Assembly: GCA_036658075.1 (NCBI GenBank)
Contig: JAVXFE010000001.1
Span: 1-30,005, forward strand
DNA from: Oscillospiraceae bacterium
Lineage (GTDB): Bacteria; Bacillota; Clostridia; Monoglobales; Monoglobaceae
Direction: 5' to 3'
DNA length: 30,005 bases
Part shown: piece after piece, positions 27,865 to 30,005 of the stretch
How positions within the stretch are numbered: the first letter of the stretch is position 1
Layout of the letters: every line of letters starts with the position of its first letter
The notes under the pieces: generated by a model
Told to the model about the DNA's origin: nothing
Databases searched by the model: none
The model's input: only the letters and a program-made list of their open reading frames with translations
Position numbers and translations under genes: made by a program

Positions 27865-28326
27865 TTAAAAGTCAAAATGCAACTTCACTGATGTGGTTTC
27901 TTTTTGTGGAATTTGTATTTCTTCTTCATTATATTGTAGTCGAATAACTTTATCTTCATAACCTAAAAGTGTTGCCGTAATTTGTTTTTCGCCGTCTATG
28001 GCTTTGTACAGACCTACATCAACATTTTCACCAATATAACGGGCGAAATGTTCCGCCGTCTTTAGCTTTCTCTCTATTCCCGGAGATGATACCTCTAAAT
28101 AATAATTCTGACTAATCGGGTCATTTTTATCGAGTTGTTCACTCAATAATCGGCTAAAAGCCTCGCATTCATCAAGATTAATGCCTTTTGATTTTTCAAC
28201 ATATACACGCAGAAAGTAAAACTCGCCTTCTTTGACAAATTCAATATCGTATATTTCAAATTCCCCCGCTTTAGCGATAGGCTCTGCAATATCGAATATT
28301 GCCTTTTCAATCTTAGAATATGCCAA
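27865..28326 (-). CDS. rimP: Ribosome maturation factor RimP
   Basis: FLRVYVEK..GINLDEC, DPISQNYYLEVSSPGIERKL; TTG start with AAGGA 9 nt upstream. Confidence 0.96.
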   Translation of the reverse strand: MAYSKIEKAIFDIAEPIAKAGEFEIYDIEFVKEGEFYFLRVYVEKSKGINLDECEAFSRLLSEQLDKNDPISQNYYLEVSSPGIERKLKTAEHFARYIGENVDVGLYKAIDGEKQITATLLGYEDKVIRLQYNEEEIQIPQKETTSVKLHFDF

Positions 28327-28345
28327 AACCTCACATCCTTCCTAA

Positions 28346-28376
28346 CAATATAAAAGAGCGAGGTTTCCCTCACTCT
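28346..28376 (-). terminator. Attenuator-like hairpin in the rimP leader
   Basis: Minus strand AGAGTGAGG-GAAA-CCTCGCTCT followed by an interrupted U-tract TTTATATTGTT, between the promoter and the RBS. Confidence 0.7.
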
Positions 28377-28404
28377 AAAGTCCAATAATTAAGTTTGTAA
28401 AGAC

Positions 28405-28433
28405 ATTATAACACGAATATTTTCATTTGTCAA
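28405..28433 (-). promoter_or_regulatory. Consensus sigma-A promoter of the rimP-nusA-infB operon
   Basis: TTGACA (28433-28)-N17-TATAAT (28410-05) with a TGn extension. Confidence 0.92.
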
Positions 28434-28456
28434 GGGAATTTCCTCTGAAATTCCCT
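28433..28456. terminator. Hairpin downstream of the thiamine-binding protein gene, abutting the rimP -35
   Basis: AGGGAATTTC-CTCT-GAAATTCCCT, perfect 10-bp stem; T-rich tail only on the + strand side. Confidence 0.6.
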
Positions 28457-28486
28457 ATTTTATAAGCATTTATAAACAATCTTATC

Positions 28487-28786
28487 CTATTTTTGATGCT
28501 TTGCCGTCTTCTTATCAATCGTCAAGACTCCTGCGTTTGGGTTATATGCAATCTTAACATAACTCATTACGCTAGGTGCGCCGTTTTCGATACAAACAAT
28601 TTGACAGTTCTTAACAATTTCCATAAGCTTATCATAGTCACCTTCAACCGTTGTTTCAAAAGGTGAAACAAAAGTTTTTAGACCTGTGCTTTTTATATAA
28701 GCAATGACCGCATCAACAACACGAATTAGCTCATCATCATTTTTCATATCCGGTAAAACTTGAATTGCAATACTAGCTTCTGGCAT
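28487..28786 (-). CDS. Thiamine-binding protein family (DUF77/MTH1187/YkoF-like)
   Basis: ASIAIQVLP, VDAVIAYIKSTGL..VSPFETTVEGDYDKLM, V.SYVKI; GGAGG RBS. Confidence 0.85.
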   Translation of the reverse strand: MPEASIAIQVLPDMKNDDELIRVVDAVIAYIKSTGLKTFVSPFETTVEGDYDKLMEIVKNCQIVCIENGAPSVMSYVKIAYNPNAGVLTIDKKTAKHQK

Positions 28787-28836
28787 AATAGCCCTCCATT
28801 TTCATCATTATTATCATTATCGCTCGTTTTCTGATT

Positions 28837-30005
28837 TTACCATGTGACATCACCGTCAGCCCAAACCTTTACTGAATACAAAAAATCGTTATTAGTTCCA
28901 TAAAAATCAACCCAATAATATGGCATTCCATCATCATTATATGGTCCCCAACATTCCTGTCGTGTTCCAGAATACCTCCCTATTGTCGTAACAGCTCTCG
29001 ACTTTGCTTGAGCAGCGTTTTTCACTACAGTTCTATATGGTACAAGATATGCACGATTAACGAACCCATATTTCCCATTATATTCAACCTTTGCAAACTC
29101 CCAGTTTGCGTTAGCTATAAAGCCAACTGCGTTTCCGAGCGGAATTGTGGTTATAACCCCCGAATTGGAGTTAGGAGACTTACGCAGATTAACTTCATTC
29201 TCAACTTTACCAACATAAAGTATATCAACAACTGTTTTTTGTGGAGCATTTTTAGTAAGATATTGAGCTTTTACAAAGCCATATAACCCTTGATATTCTA
29301 CTCGATAAAACTCACCTAAATCTTCTATATATCCAACTGCCGAATCAAGCGAAATAGTAGTTATCACTTTTGAATTTTCGTATGGTGATGTTCTTAGATT
29401 TAATCCTGATTCGACATTTGTAACATAAAGTACTTGAGTTACATTTGTGGCAGGTTTTGTGTCTCTCAAATATTGAGTTTTTACATATCCATACATTCCA
29501 TTATGTTCCACTCTGCTGTATCCATTTTCAGAATTCCTGACAAATCCAACTGCGTTTTCAAAAGGAATGTTTTTAAGAAGCGAGGAATTTTCATCAGGCA
29601 ACGCTCTTAGACTAGCAGATTCTCGAACATTTGTTATATACATTACCGAGGATACAATCATCGACGTTTCATAATCTGTTATTTTTTCTTCAACAGAATT
29701 TCTAAGGCTATTAACAAAATTGAGTTCAAATTCGGTTAATAATGCATTGTCAATATAACTTAGTTCGTCTCGTGCCTCATACAAAAGCCCGTTTTCTACA
29801 TATGCATTTGCTTTATCAATGCTCGGCTTCACATTTGCCAAATACGTATATTCATGAGTTTTAAGCAGCTCATTGTATGTTTTTTCAGAATCAACAAATA
29901 CAGTCCTCGTGATTTCATCCCATATTATTTGTTTTCCAAGCATGTCAGACAAAAACCGCAACGGAACCATTGTCGTATCATTAAACATGATTGGTGCAGC
30001 TGCTA
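28837..30005 (-). CDS. Cell-envelope protein, 5'-truncated by the window edge: copper-amine-oxidase N-terminal (stalk)-like domain, helical linker, 3 SH3b repeats, small C-terminal domain
   Basis: The frame is open to the right edge (..AAAPIMFNDTTMVPLRFLSDMLGKQIIWD). Three repeats of (L/M)Y(V/I)xxV....(N/S)LR..P...S.......V......(F/Y)..VE(Y/H).G.YG(Y/F)V...YL. Confidence 0.82.
   Translation of the reverse strand, partial: AAAPIMFNDTTMVPLRFLSDMLGKQIIWDEITRTVFVDSEKTYNELLKTHEYTYLANVKPSIDKANAYVENGLLYEARDELSYIDNALLTEFELNFVNSLRNSVEEKITDYETSMIVSSVMYITNVRESASLRALPDENSSLLKNIPFENAVGFVRNSENGYSRVEHNGMYGYVKTQYLRDTKPATNVTQVLYVTNVESGLNLRTSPYENSKVITTISLDSAVGYIEDLGEFYRVEYQGLYGFVKAQYLTKNAPQKTVVDILYVGKVENEVNLRKSPNSNSGVITTIPLGNAVGFIANANWEFAKVEYNGKYGFVNRAYLVPYRTVVKNAAQAKSRAVTTIGRYSGTRQECWGPYNDDGMPYYWVDFYGTNNDFLYSVKVWADGDVTW

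Noticed and set aside
722-29286. Many short overlapping track ORFs (e.g. 4126-4719, 12796-13221, 18067-18510, 25054-25455)
   Set aside because: Antisense or alternate-frame shadows of well-supported genes, with no RBS or family motifs.

Overview
Low-GC Bacillota (Clostridia-type, SLH-bearing) chromosomal DNA. Most genes are on the minus strand; no mobile element, CRISPR array, rRNA or tRNA was seen. (1) 1-12.1 kb is a Gram-positive carbohydrate-utilisation locus: a kinase-less dCache membrane protein interrupted by one in-frame TAG, a YesN/YesM-type two-component system, a CUT1 ABC importer (SBP plus 2 permeases, no ATPase), a secreted non-catalytic 3x discoidin/CBM32-like plus 2x FIVAR protein, and an SLH-anchored protein that runs off the left edge. 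(2) 12.2-17.8 kb holds rhaB-rhaA, divergent from a DhuI-like RpiB-family isomerase, manA and an AraC regulator; this combination suggests rhamnogalacturonan/pectin catabolism. (3) 17.9-30 kb is the core rimP-nusA-ylxR-ylxQ-infB-rbfA-nrnA-truB-ribF operon with a CHR transporter pair and an SNF transporter appended, preceded by a thiamine-binding protein and a partial SH3b-repeat protein. The strongest non-annotated signal is a 63-nt promoter architecture present twice without gaps (7437-7499 and 12028-12090). One copy drives the ABC/surface operon; the other has no gene of its own. All calls are from reading the sequence by eye; no searches were run.
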